From Malacoraja senta (lineage: Eukaryota), in NCBI GenBank assembly GCA_038087875.1, contig CM075994.1:5086001-5146000 (forward strand): 60,000 bases of DNA, in the 5' to 3' direction. Under the pieces are notes generated by a model. The model saw only the letters and a list, made by a program, of their open reading frames with translations. It had not been told where the DNA came from and made no database searches. Position numbers and translations under genes: made by a program. This document shows, in pieces, positions 37,291 through 49,914 of the stretch (its first letter is position 1; the number at the start of each line of letters is the position of its first letter).

Positions 37291-37869
37291 CACCAAATAA
37301 CCAATAGTACAAATAATATAGTATTTCGTAGTTAAGAGCTTATTTGTTGTTGAGTATCCTGATGGCTATCAGGAAGAAGCTTTTCTTCAATGTCCATGTT
37401 ACGGTTTTCAGTTTAGAAAAGTCGGACGTGACTGCAGAAGTCGGACACAAGTCTGTCAATCCACAAGCCGTGATTCAGTCTGTCAGTCCAGAGGCCATGC
37501 GTGAGTCAGTCAGTCAGTCCAGAGACCATGAGTTAGACCCAAGGCAGTGCGTGAGTCCAGAGCCATGAGTAGGTCGCTCATCCCCCCCTCCTCCACTGAC
37601 ATCCCCCACCTCAATACGCTGCCCTCCGCCTGGCTATAGGATGCTCCCCGTCCTGAAGCCGCCCCATCCCCCGCTGCAGGACACCCCCCTCCCTCATCAG
37701 CCCACGAGAGCCCCCGCCTGAATCCGCCCCCCTCCCTCGGCTGCCGGATGTGTGCCACCCCCACCCCATCCCGACACCCCCCGCCTCCAAAAATATTTTG
37801 CACAAATTCTTCAGTGAGTCCAGAGGATTGAGAATTACAACAAAGCAATGGAATTTTTTAATTTGCCTC

Positions 37870-38185
37870 AACCAAGAAAGAGAAGGATGCACCTTGATGA
37901 TGACAATCCAGAATTGCTGCAGGAATTGCTATACGATAGAACGGGACAACAGCAATTTGTTGAGGAGACTGGGCCTCTGCTGAATGCTGAGCAGAGAGCA
38001 GTGTATGCACTCAATTTAACAGAATGTGACGACATTCCCCTTCAGCAGACCAAATTCTCCATTCAATCAAGTTTTGCTATGACGATCCATAAAGCACAAA
38101 AATGAACAATGCAGAAGGTGTTGATCAACCTCGACAAACCGGTATTTCAGCATGGAATACTATATGTGTCTTAGCCGAGGAAAGA
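37870..38185 (+). pseudogene. Helitron RepHel Pif1-helicase remnant
   Basis: LNAEQRAVY fused to SFAMTIHKAQK*TMQKVLINLDKPVFQHGILYV (compare FAMTINKSQGQT...PVFSHGQLYVA). Confidence 0.85.
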
Positions 38186-38606
38186 TGAAGGGAAATGTCA
38201 AAGTTTTCCTGAAGGATTGAACATCGACCAAGAATGTTGTTATTAAAAGCATGCTTCGTTCAATTATGACTTCTGAGAAAATTTCTCAGAATGTCTTTGT
38301 TAAAATTTGACCGCTGAATCTCTCTATTTAAATTGTCTATTTATTTTATCAACAGCAAAGAGACATAAAGACGCAGTTAGCAGCAACAAGAGACACAACA
38401 AGAAATAACTTGATAATTCTCATCTTTAACATTTAAATGTTTCTTATATTTTTAGAGTCATTCACATTTTAAACTTTAACAAATCCTTTTTCCACTTTTC
38501 ATGCCTGCGTGTTCTTCATCACAATGGGAACCTAATGGGCGGGAATGGATGCTCTGTGGGAGAGATCTAAATGTGGATGGGGGAGGTAGTGGGGAGATGG
38601 ACTGAA

Positions 38607-41600
38607 TAATAATAATAATAATAATAATAGATTTTATTTATATAGTGCTTTTCAGGACTCAAAGTCGCTTTACAATTGAGAGTCAGGAATAAACAAAACA
38701 AAATAGAGCAGTAAGACAGAGGGGAGGGGAACATGGGACTAAGGGTTTGCAGAGGTGAAGAGATGGGTCTTGAGGCGGGACTGGAAGATGGTGAGGGACT
38801 CAGAATTTCGGACCGGTTGTGGGAGGGAATTCCAGAGCCTGGGAGCTGCCCTGGAGAAGGCTATGCCTCCAAAAGTGCAGAGGTTTGATTTCGGAGTGGA
38901 GAGGAGACCAGCTGATGTGGATCTGAGGGACCGTGAGGGTTGGTAGGGGGAGAGGAGGTCAATGAGATAAGGGGGGGTCAGGTTGTTGAGGGCTTTGTAG
39001 GTGAGGACCAGGATTTTGTAGGTGATCCGGTGGGAAATGGGAAGCCTGTGAAGTTCTTTGAGAACTGGGGTGATGTGGTGCCAGGATTTGGTGTGGGTAA
39101 TGAGTCGAGCGGCTGCATTTTGGACCAGTTGGAGTCGTTTGATGCTGCTGGAATTGATTCCGAAAAGAAGAGAGTTACAGTAGTCCAGTCGGGAGGAGAT
39201 GAAGGCATGGATGAGTCTTTCAGCAGCGGGGGGTGTGAGAGACGATCTGATTTTTGCAATGTTGCGGAGGTGAAAAATGATGTTTTGACAACATGGCGGA
39301 CGTGAGGCTCAAGGGAGAGGGTTGAGTCAAGGATCACGCCAAGGTTGCGTGCCCGAGGAGATGGGGAGACAGTGGTGCCGTCGATAGTGAGAGTGGGGTT
39401 GTTAATTTTAGTGAGTGTTGATTTGGAGCCAATGAGGAGAAATTCTGTTTTGCTACTGTTTAATTTAAGGAAGTTGAGTTGCATCCAAGATTTGATGGCT
39501 GATAGGCAGGAGTTGATATGGGAGAGAGGGGGGTGGTGGGGGGACTTGGTGTTGAGATAGATCTGGGTGTCATCAGCATAGCAGTGGAAGTCCAGTTTGA
39601 AGTGACGGAGTATATGACCAAGGGGAAGGATGTAGATGATGAAGAGGAGGGGACCAAGAACGGAGCCTTGGGGAACGCCTTGAGTGACAGTGGCTGTGGC
39701 AGAGGTGTGGTTATGGAGAGAGATGAAGTGGGATCGGTTGGAAAGGTAAGAACGGAACCAGCTGAGTGCAGAACCTTCAATGCCAAGGTCCCTAAGTCTG
39801 GTGAGCAGGATGGTGTGGTTGACGGTATCGAAGGCTGCACTCAGGTCGAGGGGGATGAGGATATTGAGGGAGCCAGAGTCAGCAGAGTTAAGGAGGTCAT
39901 TGAGGACTTTGAGGAGAGCAGTTTCTGTGCTATGGAGGGGGCGAAAGCCAGATTGGAGGGGTTCGAATAGGTTATACGCGAGGAGGTGGGAATGAAGTTG
40001 TGACGCGACGATGGTTTTTGAAAGAAAGGGGAGGTTTGAGATGGAGCGGTAGTTAATGAGAGAGGAGGGATCAAGACCAGGTTTCTTTAAGATTGGTGTG
40101 ACAGCAGCAGTTTTGAAAGCAGAGGGGACAATTCGTTGGGACAATGAGGAGTTGAAAAGATTAGTGAGGTAGGGGCAGAGAGCAGGGAGACAGGACTTCA
40201 GCGGGGGAGTGGGGAGAGGGACAAGGGAGCAGGTAGTGGGTTTGGAAGAGCTGATGAGTTTGGAGATTTCAGTAGGGGTGACCGGGTCAAACTGGGAGAG
40301 GAAGCTGTGAGGGGGAGGGGTATGGAGATCAGCGGAGATGTTGAAAGGAGCGGCCTTGGTAGGTGGTGGAGTAGATGCTGGGGAGTCGGGTACAGGGGAT
40401 AGGGATTGATAGATGGTGCTAATTTTATCAGCAAAAAAGTGGATGAATGAGTTGCAGAGATCCGGAGTGGAGGTAGGGAGAATGATGGCTCGAGGCTTGA
40501 GGAGGTTCCAGACTGTGGAGAAGAGGGTTCTGTGGTTTAGGCAGGCGTCAGTGAATATGGAGGAGAGGTATGCAGATTTAGCAGCAATGAGGGCATCTTT
40601 GTAGGCAGTGAGGTGGAGTTTGTAAGCTTCATGGTGGACTGTGAGAGGTGATTTCTTTATGGGTCGTTCAAGTCGGCGACCAATCTGTTTCAGCTTACGA
40701 AGTGCAGGTGTGTACCAGGGTGAAGATGTATTAAAAGTTACGGTTCTTGTTTTGGAGGGAGCCAGAGTGTTAAGGGAGGTAGACAAGGTGGAATTGGGAT
40801 GGTTTGTGAGATCATCAAGTGAGATGTGGGTTGAGTCCAGGGGGAGAGTGGTGGAGAGCAGGTCAGAGAGATGGTGAGGATCGATAGATTTTAGATTACG
40901 GAAGGTGATTTCTCGGAGGAAGCGGGGGCGAGGTGTCGGAGAAGGGATGGTGAACCGTATGAGCTTATGATCCGAGAGGGGGAAGACGCATGGATGGAGG
41001 TCGAGTACCGGTTGATTTGTGGAGCAGACCAGGTCAAGGATGTGACCTTTGTCATGAGTGGGAAAGGTGACGTGCTGAGTGAGAGAGAAGTTGTCAAGTA
41101 GAAAAGCGAATTCAGATGCGAGCTTGCAGGTGGGGGAGTCCATGTGAATGTTTAAGTCACCAAGTAGCAGCAGACGTGTGGTGAGAGATGAGGTAAGTGT
41201 GAGGAATTCAGTGAAATCAGATAGGAAGGAGGGGTTTGGTTTAGGTGGCCGGTAAATGAGGATGACTGTCATGGACGAAAGGGCTTTGAAGACAAGGAAT
41301 TCAAATGATGCTACTGGGGGAGGGTGAGTTCAACGATAGGAAAGTTCTGGTTGAAAATAACAGCGAGGCCACCTCCAGGGCGGGAGGGGCGGGGTTTGGA
41401 AATATAAGTAAACCCAGATGGGGATGCTTGGAAGAAGACATTGGGTTGTTGCCAGGTTTCAGTGAGCAGAAGGAAGTCAAGAGTGTTGTCAAGGATTAGT
41501 TCATGGAGGGCAAGGGCTTTGTTGTTGAGCGACCGAGTGTTGAGGAGGGCAAAGTTGGCATTGTGAGAGGGTGGAGGAATGGGGGCAGGCTGGAGAGATC

Positions 41601-41858
41601 TGAGGTTGTCCCAGTTGACAGTGCATGTGGTCAGCTGGGATGGGGGGTGACACGGTTGAGGGGGGGGGGGGGCAGAGCGTGATAGTGAGCAGATGGATGT
41701 AATGGGATGTCCATGACCGGAGCAGACAAGCTTGCATCCAGAGCCTCTATGGATGTAACGGGGTCGACGTAGAAGACCAAATTCTTTAATGATTGCGTGG
41801 GGGGGGGGGGGGATGGCAAGGAGCAGAGTGGGGGGTGAAGGGAGAAGGGGTGTCTGGG
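38607..41858 (-). mobile_element. L2 LINE with APE-RT ORF and (TAT)n tail
   Basis: [53 protein letters not shown]. Few frameshifts. Flanked by tgaa on both sides. Confidence 0.95.
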
Positions 41859-42262
41859 TGAACTGCCAGCGTACCCGGCTTGAGTGACGGCGATGCCAAC
41901 CCACCAGCTGTCTGTGACTGAACTGCCAGCCTACCATCCGTGAGCGACTGCACTGCAGGTCCACGAGCAGTGAGTAAGTGAACTGTCAGCCCACCAGCTG
42001 AACGTGACTGAACTGCCAGCCCACCAGCCGTGAGTGACTGCACTGCCAGGCCACCAGCCGTGAGTGACTGCACTGCCAGCCCACCAGCCGTGAGTGACTG
42101 CATTGCCAGCCCACCAGCTGTGAGTGACCTACTGCCAAACCACCAGCTGTAAGTGACTGAACTGCCAGCGCACCAGCCGTGAGTGACTGCATTGCCAGCC
42201 CACCAGCCGTGAGTAAGTGAACTGCCAGCCCACCAGCCGTAAGTGACTGAACTGCCATCCCA
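41859..42262. repeat. 30-bp minisatellite (cccaccagccgtgagtgactgcactgccag) within the Helitron
   Basis: About 13 units. The motif recurs at 42350-42410. Confidence 0.93.
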
Positions 42263-45200
42263 ATAATCCATTCAGTCCACACTCTCTCCCTTCTCTCTCA
42301 CACAGAGTCTGTCACCTGATTTGGGCAGAATTTCTGACAGTTTCTCAGATGCCAGCCTGCCAGGTCTGAGTGACTGTACTGCCAGGCCGAAGTGACTGAA
42401 CTGACAACCCAAGAATCCATTCGTCCCAAAATGTCCATACTAGCCCTCTGGAAACCATTCCCTTCGGCCCACAGCATACAAACTTGCGGAATAGAAAGCC
42501 CCCCACCCTCACTGCCCAGCAATATTGGAATTGGTGGAGAGGTGGAATATTGCGTTGGGTGACCAGCCCTCGCGTGTGATGCTGGGACCCAACGGGTCGC
42601 ACTTAGTCTAGTAATATAGATAAATGTGAGGTTATCCACTTTGGTGGCAAAAACAAGGGGGGAGATTATTATCTCAATGGGGTTAGGTTAGGTAAGGGGG
42701 AGATACAGCGAGACCACGGTGTCCTTGTACACCGGTCACTAAAAGTTGGCGTGCAGCTACAGCAGGCAGTGAAGAAAGCTAATGGAATGTTGGCCTTCTT
42801 AAGAAGACGGTTTCAGTATAGGTGTAGGGAGGTTCTTCTGCAGATGTATAGGGCTCTGTTAAGATCACATCTGAAGTATTGCATACAGTTTTGCTCTCCT
42901 ACTTTGAGGAAGGATATCGTTGTGATTGAGACAGTGCAGCGTAGGTTCACAAGATTGATCCCTGGGATTTGGCGGGACTGTCATATGAGGAATGATTGAA
43001 AAGACTAGGCTTGTATTCACTGGAGATTAGCAGGATGAGGGGGGATCTTACAGAAACATATAAAAGAATAAAAGGACTGCACAAGCTAGATGCAGGAAAA
43101 ATGGCCCAATGTTGGGCGAGTCCAGAACCAGGGGTCACACTCTTAGAATAAAGGGAAGGCAATTTAAGACTGAGGCGAGAAAAAAACATGTTCACCCAGA
43201 GAGTTGTGAATTTGTGGAATTCCCTGCCACAGAGGGCAGTGGAGGCCAAATCACTGGATGGATCTAAGAGGTTAGATATAGCTCTAGATGCTAGTGGAAC
43301 AAGGGATATTGGGGAGAAGGCAGGCATGGGTTATTGATTGGGGACGATCAGCCATGATCACAATGAATGGCGGTGCTGGCTCGAAGGGCCGAATGGCCTC
43401 CTCCTGCACCTATTTTCCGTGTTTCAATGTTGAAATGTAACAATATAAAGGAGGATAGTAAAAGATTCTTTAAATATGTGAAGAGGATAAACTATTTACG
43501 ATCAAATTTGGAACGTTGCAGACTGAAAGGGATGAATTTAGTATGCGGAACAAGGAAAAAAACGATGTACTTTGGATCCCTCTTCACTGAGGAAGACAAA
43601 AACAATCTCCTGATGTACTAGTGACCAAAGTTTCTGAGGTGACGGAGGAAATGAAGGAAATTCACATTGGGCAGGAAATGGTGTTGGGGAGACTGTTGGG
43701 ACTGTAGGCCTATAAATCCCCACGGCCTGATGATCTGCATCCCAAGGTACTTAAATACTTGAGTCCAGAAATCGTGGACGCATTGGTAATCATTGTCCAA
43801 TGGTCTATAGATTCAGGATCAGTTGTTGTGGATTTGAGGGTAGCTAATGTTATCCCTCTTTTTTCTGAAAGGCGGGAGAGAGAAAACATGGAATTATAGA
43901 ACAGTTAGCCTGTCATCGGTGGTGGGGAAGACACTGGAGTCAATCATAAAAGATGAAAAAGCGGATCATTTAGATTGCTGTAACAGAACCGGTCCGAGTC
44001 AAAATGGAGTTACGAAGGGGAAAACATGCTTGCCTAATCTTCTGGAAATTTTTGTGGAAGTAAAATTAACAAGGGAAAGCTAATTTGAGTAGTGTAGCTG
44101 GACTTTCTGAAAACATGTTGTAAGGTCCCACAGAGGAGATTAGTGGGCAACATTAGGGCACATTGTACTGGGAATAGACTGCTAACAAGGATAGAAAATC
44201 GGTAGGCAGACAGGAAACAAAGAGGAGGGAGTAACGGGTTCCTATCAGAATGTCAGGCAGTGACTCGTGGGTACCGCAAGGCTCGGTGCTAAAACACAGC
44301 TATTTACAATATATATTTATGATTTAGATGAAGGGATTACAAGTAACATTAGCAAATTTGCAGATGACACAAAGCTGGGTGACAGTGTGAACGGTAGGGA
44401 GAATGCTTTGAAAATGCAGGGTGACTTGGATAGGTTGGGTGATTGGGCAGATGCATGGCAGATGCAGATTAATTTGGGTAAATGTGAGGTTATCAACTTT
44501 GGTAGCAACAACAGGAAGGAATATTATTATCTAAATGGTGTGACGTTGGGAAAAGGGGAAGCACAACGGGATCTGGTGGGTGATTGTTCTTCAGCAATGA
44601 AAGTAAGCATGCATGTACAGCAGGCAGTGAAGAAATCGAATGCCATACTGGACTTCATAACAAGAGGTTTTGAGTATAGGAACAAAGAGGTCCTTCTGCA
44701 GTTTTATACGTCCTTAGTGAGACCACACCTGGAGTATGTGTGCAGTTTCGTTCTCCAAATTTGAGGAAGGACATTCTTGCTATTGAGGGACTGCAGCGTA
44801 GGTTCACAAGGTTAATTCACGGGATGGCGGGACTATCATATGCTGAGAGAATGGAAGGGCTGGGCTTGTATATTATGGAGTATAGAAAGATGAGAGAAGC
44901 TTATTGAAATATATACGATTGTTAAGGGTTTGCACACGTTGGATGAAGGAAACATGTTCCCGATGTTCGGGGAGTCCAGACCCAGGGGCCACGGTTGAAG
45001 AATAAGGGTTAAGCCATTAAGAACCGAGATGAGGAAACACTTTTTACACAGAGAGTTGTGAGTCTGTGGAATTATCTGCCTCATAGGGCGGTGGAGGCTG
45101 GTTCTCTGGATAGTTTCAAGAGAGAACTAGATAGGGGTCTTAAACCTAGCGGAGCCAGGTGATAATCGGAACATGCAGGAACGGGTTACGGATTGTGGAT

Positions 45201-46341
45201 GATCACCCATGATTACATTAAATGGATCAAAAGGCCGAATGGCCCATTCCTGCTACTATTGTCTATTGTCTAACATTGATCGAATGGCCTCGTGTTTTTG
45301 AATCCTCTTCCTGTGAAAAGAGACTTTTGAGCGTCCAATTTATCCAAGCCCCCAAGCCTCTTACGTTGCAAAGAAAAATAGGCCCAGCCGATCCAACCTG
45401 TTCCACAACTTAAGTCCTGTCACAGCTTACAAATATGTTGTGGCGGGCTTGGTTCAACATCATATTCTCACTTCGTGACCACCGCTTCATACCCGCGCCC
45501 GCAGAATACCCCCGACAAACTCCAGCTTCCAATGGCGCAGATTCGAAAATGGAAGCCATGGGAATTGTTGAACGCTCAAACAGCCCATGGGCATCCTCAA
45601 TGCACATGGTGCTCACAGATGGTAGAGGAGCAAGATAGACCACGAGGCGAAAAAGCCGTAGTTGGTCTTGGGCGTCATGGGTAAAAGTTTTCGGGAATTA
45701 CATATATGAGGGTTTTTTTTAATGGGCTCTGTCATGGCGTCCACATCTACAAGCGTAGTGTGCTGTCCTGTTATAGTGCTCGAATCGCCAATGTACGCGA
45801 TTCGAGCACTTTATAGCACTCTTGCTTCAGGTGCCCCATTAAAGAAAAAATATATAACTTTCTGTCGTGTGGCCTGCCCGATCTCGTCCTACAGTTCAGA
45901 TCGCTGAGCCGGTGATCGCACGAAGAATTGCTCCGATCGCTGGCCCGCGGACTATAACACCCTGAAGCCGCGGTGTGCGGAGTTTCTAGTCGCGGGGGCA
46001 GCGTGCACTTTCTCTCGCGGAATCTGGGATTTCTCGCTGGAGAAGAGTTCGGCCGCCGGCCCGCGACTATAACACCGCGAATCCCCGTTCTCCGGTAGGA
46101 GGCGGCCGAATCGGAACCTCCAAGCCGTGGAGGTCCCGAATCGGCGTGTGTTTAAGCCGGTTTGAAATGGTGTTTAAAATACATGGTGTTAAATTTACAC
46201 AATGTACACGGATCAATGGTATTTAAAATACATTATAAATGGTATTAAATATACACAATGTACAGGCGTCAGTGGTGTTTAAAATACATGATAAATGGTG
46301 TTATAGGGAACAACGATATGCGACGAGGATACACATTAAAG

Positions 46342-47249
46342 TAGCAATGTTACATCATTTTGAGATTTTAATAATCAAGTCTGTAATTTATCGAATCAGA
46401 TAAAGCATAAAAAGAAGTTTAATTTGACACCTAATTCACTTTCATATCTTCAGTATTAAAAAATTTATGGCCATTTTCATACTCGGAAATTAGCATCTTG
46501 TTCCCTATTGCTTTTCCATTGACTTAACACAAAAGCTGTGATCGAGGACAGTCAAAAGCCCATAACTTTCTTAATAATTAAGAGAACTGAAAGACATTTT
46601 CAGTTATTATATATTGAAGCATTCAGAAACAAATATGAAACAATCTTACTTAGCTGACATGAAATTAAACCATATAATTAGTTAGTTACCTAATTGTAGC
46701 TAATTACAAAATTCAATTACTAGACCTAAACATCTATCAATTTCTTAAGAATAGATTAACATTTTTAAGTAGCCTAAGTGTCCAAATAACATTCACACAA
46801 GAATTCACAATATAACATAATTTTTTTTATCTCATTGTCATGGATTTACAGGCCAAATGAAAGAAATTGAATGTTTAATACCTGTAAATTAATGGGCATT
46901 TATATCATCTTGCGAATGGGGATTTCTGGAACGCGATCATTTGGAACGTTCATTTGCGGTGAATTTAACCCCGTATTGGCAGGAAAATTATTGCCGTTAG
47001 TTCGGGGGGAAAAATCACCGTGTCGCATGCAAAAATGTGAATTAAAGGCCTCTTAAGGAGAATGTTTATACATAAAAATAAAGCACATGGTTATATGGTT
47101 AAAAGCTTGTACTCCAACAAAATATAATTCAGGACAAGGGAGGAGAAACCCGCGTTTTAACCCCGCCCCACCTTAAAGGCGCCAAAATCGCGCACATGGC
47201 CAGTGACAGAATTACAGCGCCGCTGAAGGCAAGTATTGTAACATACCTA
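46342..47249 (+). mobile_element. non-autonomous DNA transposon, 7-bp TSD ATTAAAG
   Basis: Termini tagcaatgttaca and tgtaacataccta. Homologous inverted copy at 55820-56859. Confidence 0.92.
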
Positions 47250-48463
47250 ATTAAAGCCTTAATTTCCTTCCCAAATTATGATGACAGTATCATATACAAT
47301 TCTATTCTTATGATCCAGACAATGTATTATATTATATAATACATAATTTATGGTACATGAGCATGTTATTAGAACGTCTTCTTTTATAGATCTAGACTTA
47401 CTACAATAATAAAGATAGTCAAAAATGCTGGAGAATTTCTCCAGCATTTTTGTCTAACATTGGTTTTCCAGCATCTTCAGTTCCTTCTTCAACAATCAGA
47501 AAGGTATCAATTTTTACACTGCTGTACATTTTTGATTTTGTTCTTATTGTAAGGCATGCATGGTATTGTAAGCTCTACTACATTTATGATAAATTGTCCT
47601 ATTAGACGAAAAATGCATCTTCAATATATATGTCGACAGTGGGTCCAGAATACTGGTTCACAAGATCTCCTACACCGAACTATGGAGTACTTGTCAAAGA
47701 ACTGCCGTCTTTCTCCCCGTATATATCACACATAAAACAATAAATTATGTAAATCTTACCATACATGACAGAAATAAAAAGTGTCATCCTTGTATATGAA
47801 ATTTGATGTAGTATTATTTAAAATTGAGTGGATTTATGTAATATACTGCTAACCCACAACGGTTTAGTTATGGGACTATACATATTGAAATACTCACTGA
47901 GTAGCTCGGGTGGCTGCGAGTGGCCGCCGGGACCGGCTGCGGAATCGCAGCTAGACCCGGGGCTCGCAGGTGACCTGCGAACTGCAGCTATCCCCGCAGG
48001 ATCCTGGCCCCTATGCAAAAAAGGCTGCGAACCCCTGGACTAAACCAATCCCGCGATATTGTCCCGCCGTTCTTTTTTCAAAATATAGCATCTCAAATGG
48101 TGGGGCGTCTTCATTGCCGGGAAATACGGTAACTCATTTCCCTCAAATATATGCTAGATTTTCCTCAATATATGTTGAATTAAAAACTAAACTATGGTAG
48201 CAATGCACAGTATTCATGTCTAAAGCTCGCACTTCTGCATCAATGTAGATATGTATGCACTATATTTTTTACTCTAGTATAGAATAAAAAAATATCTTGG
48301 CCTGTGTTCATTTGTATTTTATTCACAATAATAGGAATTCACAGAGAGAGGTTGAATGAAAGAATAAAAAAGTTCAACAAAATTTAAGATCACAAGAAAG
48401 TAGAGAAATATACATATATGTGTGTTATATATTTATATACATATATATCACACATATATACGC

Positions 48464-48465
<2 letters not shown>

Positions 48466-48537
<72 letters not shown>
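48466..48537. repeat. (AT)n microsatellite
   Basis: Perfect AT run in AT-rich low-complexity sequence. Confidence 0.97.
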
Positions 48538-48541
<4 letters not shown>

Positions 48542-48965
48542 GCGTATATATATATTATGTGTGTATTATATATATATACGTGTTTATATTATATAAATAT
48601 AGGCAAATATATTGGCTTATGGCTTTATGGCTTATGTTCCTTATATCTTGAAGGGAAAAAAATAAAGGGAAATATAATTGTCTTCATGGCTTATGTACAT
48701 CATGAGAATGGCTCATGTACATCATGAATTGCTTTAAATTAAAATTGCTTCTGATCCAAGAGGAACTTTGAAATCTATTATCTCTCTCTTGCCACTCACA
48801 CACAGAAACACACACACATACCGTTCCCCAACAACACTGATTAAACCGAAGATCATAGAATGGATATGGTCCAGAGAACTTCCATTGCGATTTGCCACTC
48901 ATTTTATACGCACTTTCCCTTTTTATTTTTATTTTTAAAAGCACATTATTTATTACAAAACTAAG

Positions 48966-49914
48966 ATATCTCCAAGTTTGCGGATGACACTAAGCTGGGG
49001 GGCAGTGTTAGCTGTGAGGAGGATGCTAGGAGACTGCAAGGTGACTTGGATAGGCTGGGTGAGTGGGCAAATGTTTGGCAGATGCAGTATAATGTGGATA
49101 AATGTGAGGTTATCCATTTTGGTGGCAAAAACAGGAAAGCAGACTATTTTCTAAATGGTGGCCGACTAGGAAAAGGGGAGATGCAGCGAGACCTGGGTGT
49201 CATGGTACACCAGTCATTGAAAGTAGGCATGCAGGTGCAGCAGGCAGTGAAGAAAGCGAATGGTATGTTAGCTTTCATAGCAAAAGGATTTGAGTATAGG
49301 AGCAGGGAGGTTCTACTGCAGTTGTACAGGGTCTTGGTGAGACCACACCTGGAGTATTGCGTACAGTTTTGGTCTCCAAATCTGAGGAAGGACATTATTG
49401 CCATAGAGGGAGTGCAGAGAAGGTTCACCAGACTGATTCCTGGGATGTCAGGACTGTCTTATGAAGAAAGACTGGATAGACTTGGTTTATACTCTCTAGA
49501 ATTTAGGAGATTGAGAGGGGATCTTATAGAAACTTACAAAATTCTTAAGGGGTTGGACAGGCTAGATGCAGGAAGATTGCTCCCGATGTTGGGGAAGTCC
49601 AGGACAAGGGGTCACAGCTTAAGGATAAGGGGGAAATCGTTTAAAACCGAGATGAGAAGAACTTTTTTCACACAGAGAGTGGTGAATCTCTGGAACTCTC
49701 TGCCACAGAGGGTAGTCGAGGCCAGTTCATTGGCTATATTTAAGAGGGAGCTAGATGTGGCCCTTGTGGCTAAAGAGATCAGAGGGTATGGATAGAAGGC
49801 AGGTACGGGATACTGAGTTGGATGATCAGCCATGATCATATTGAATGGCGGTGCAGGCTCGAAGGGCCGAATGGCCTACTCCTGCACCTAATTTCTATGT
49901 TTCTATGTTTCTAT
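48966..49914 (+). mobile_element. young 5'-truncated CR1 (uninterrupted RT C-terminus, 3' UTR)
   Basis: Open frame from SKFADDTKLGG to EIRGYG; (ttctatgt)n tail. Confidence 0.95.

Larger units (their letters stand above)
35376..42611 (+). mobile_element. non-autonomous composite Helitron (35376-38606 and 41859-42611); 5' TC end not seen
   Basis: 3' hairpin gaccc-aac-gggtc (42586-42598), then CTAG (42608-42611) and host T. Contains a Pif1 helicase remnant and internal tandem arrays. Confidence 0.75.
33198..43436 (+). mobile_element. CR1 'B' ORF2 (33198-35375 and 42612-43436), split by a Helitron
   Basis: APE (YLNARSI, ITETW, GDLN, GGSDH) and RT (YLDFQKAFDKVPH). EWADAW at 35375 resumes as taatatagataaatgtgagg at 42612. 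Confidence 0.9.
30800..45270 (+). mobile_element. near full-length CR1 'A' (30800-33197 and about 43437-45270), split by nested CR1 'B'
   Basis: ORF1 has a Cys-rich finger, coiled coil and SGNH esterase (CDSIVRG, SGAR, NLGKND). ORF2 APE starts near 32160. Sequence resumes at aatataaaggaggatagtaaaag, with RT FADDTKL and a ctattgt tail. Confidence 0.85.

Noticed and set aside
41859..42262. 30-bp array as an L2 5' UTR, or the 161-aa repeat protein
   Set aside because: The L2 inserted into the motif gactgaa|ctgccagc and the motif recurs at 42350-42410, so the array belongs to the Helitron.
47895..48040. GC patch ending aaaaaggctgcgaacccctg (hAT-like terminus)
   Set aside because: No matching left terminus or TSD was found, so no element can be delimited.
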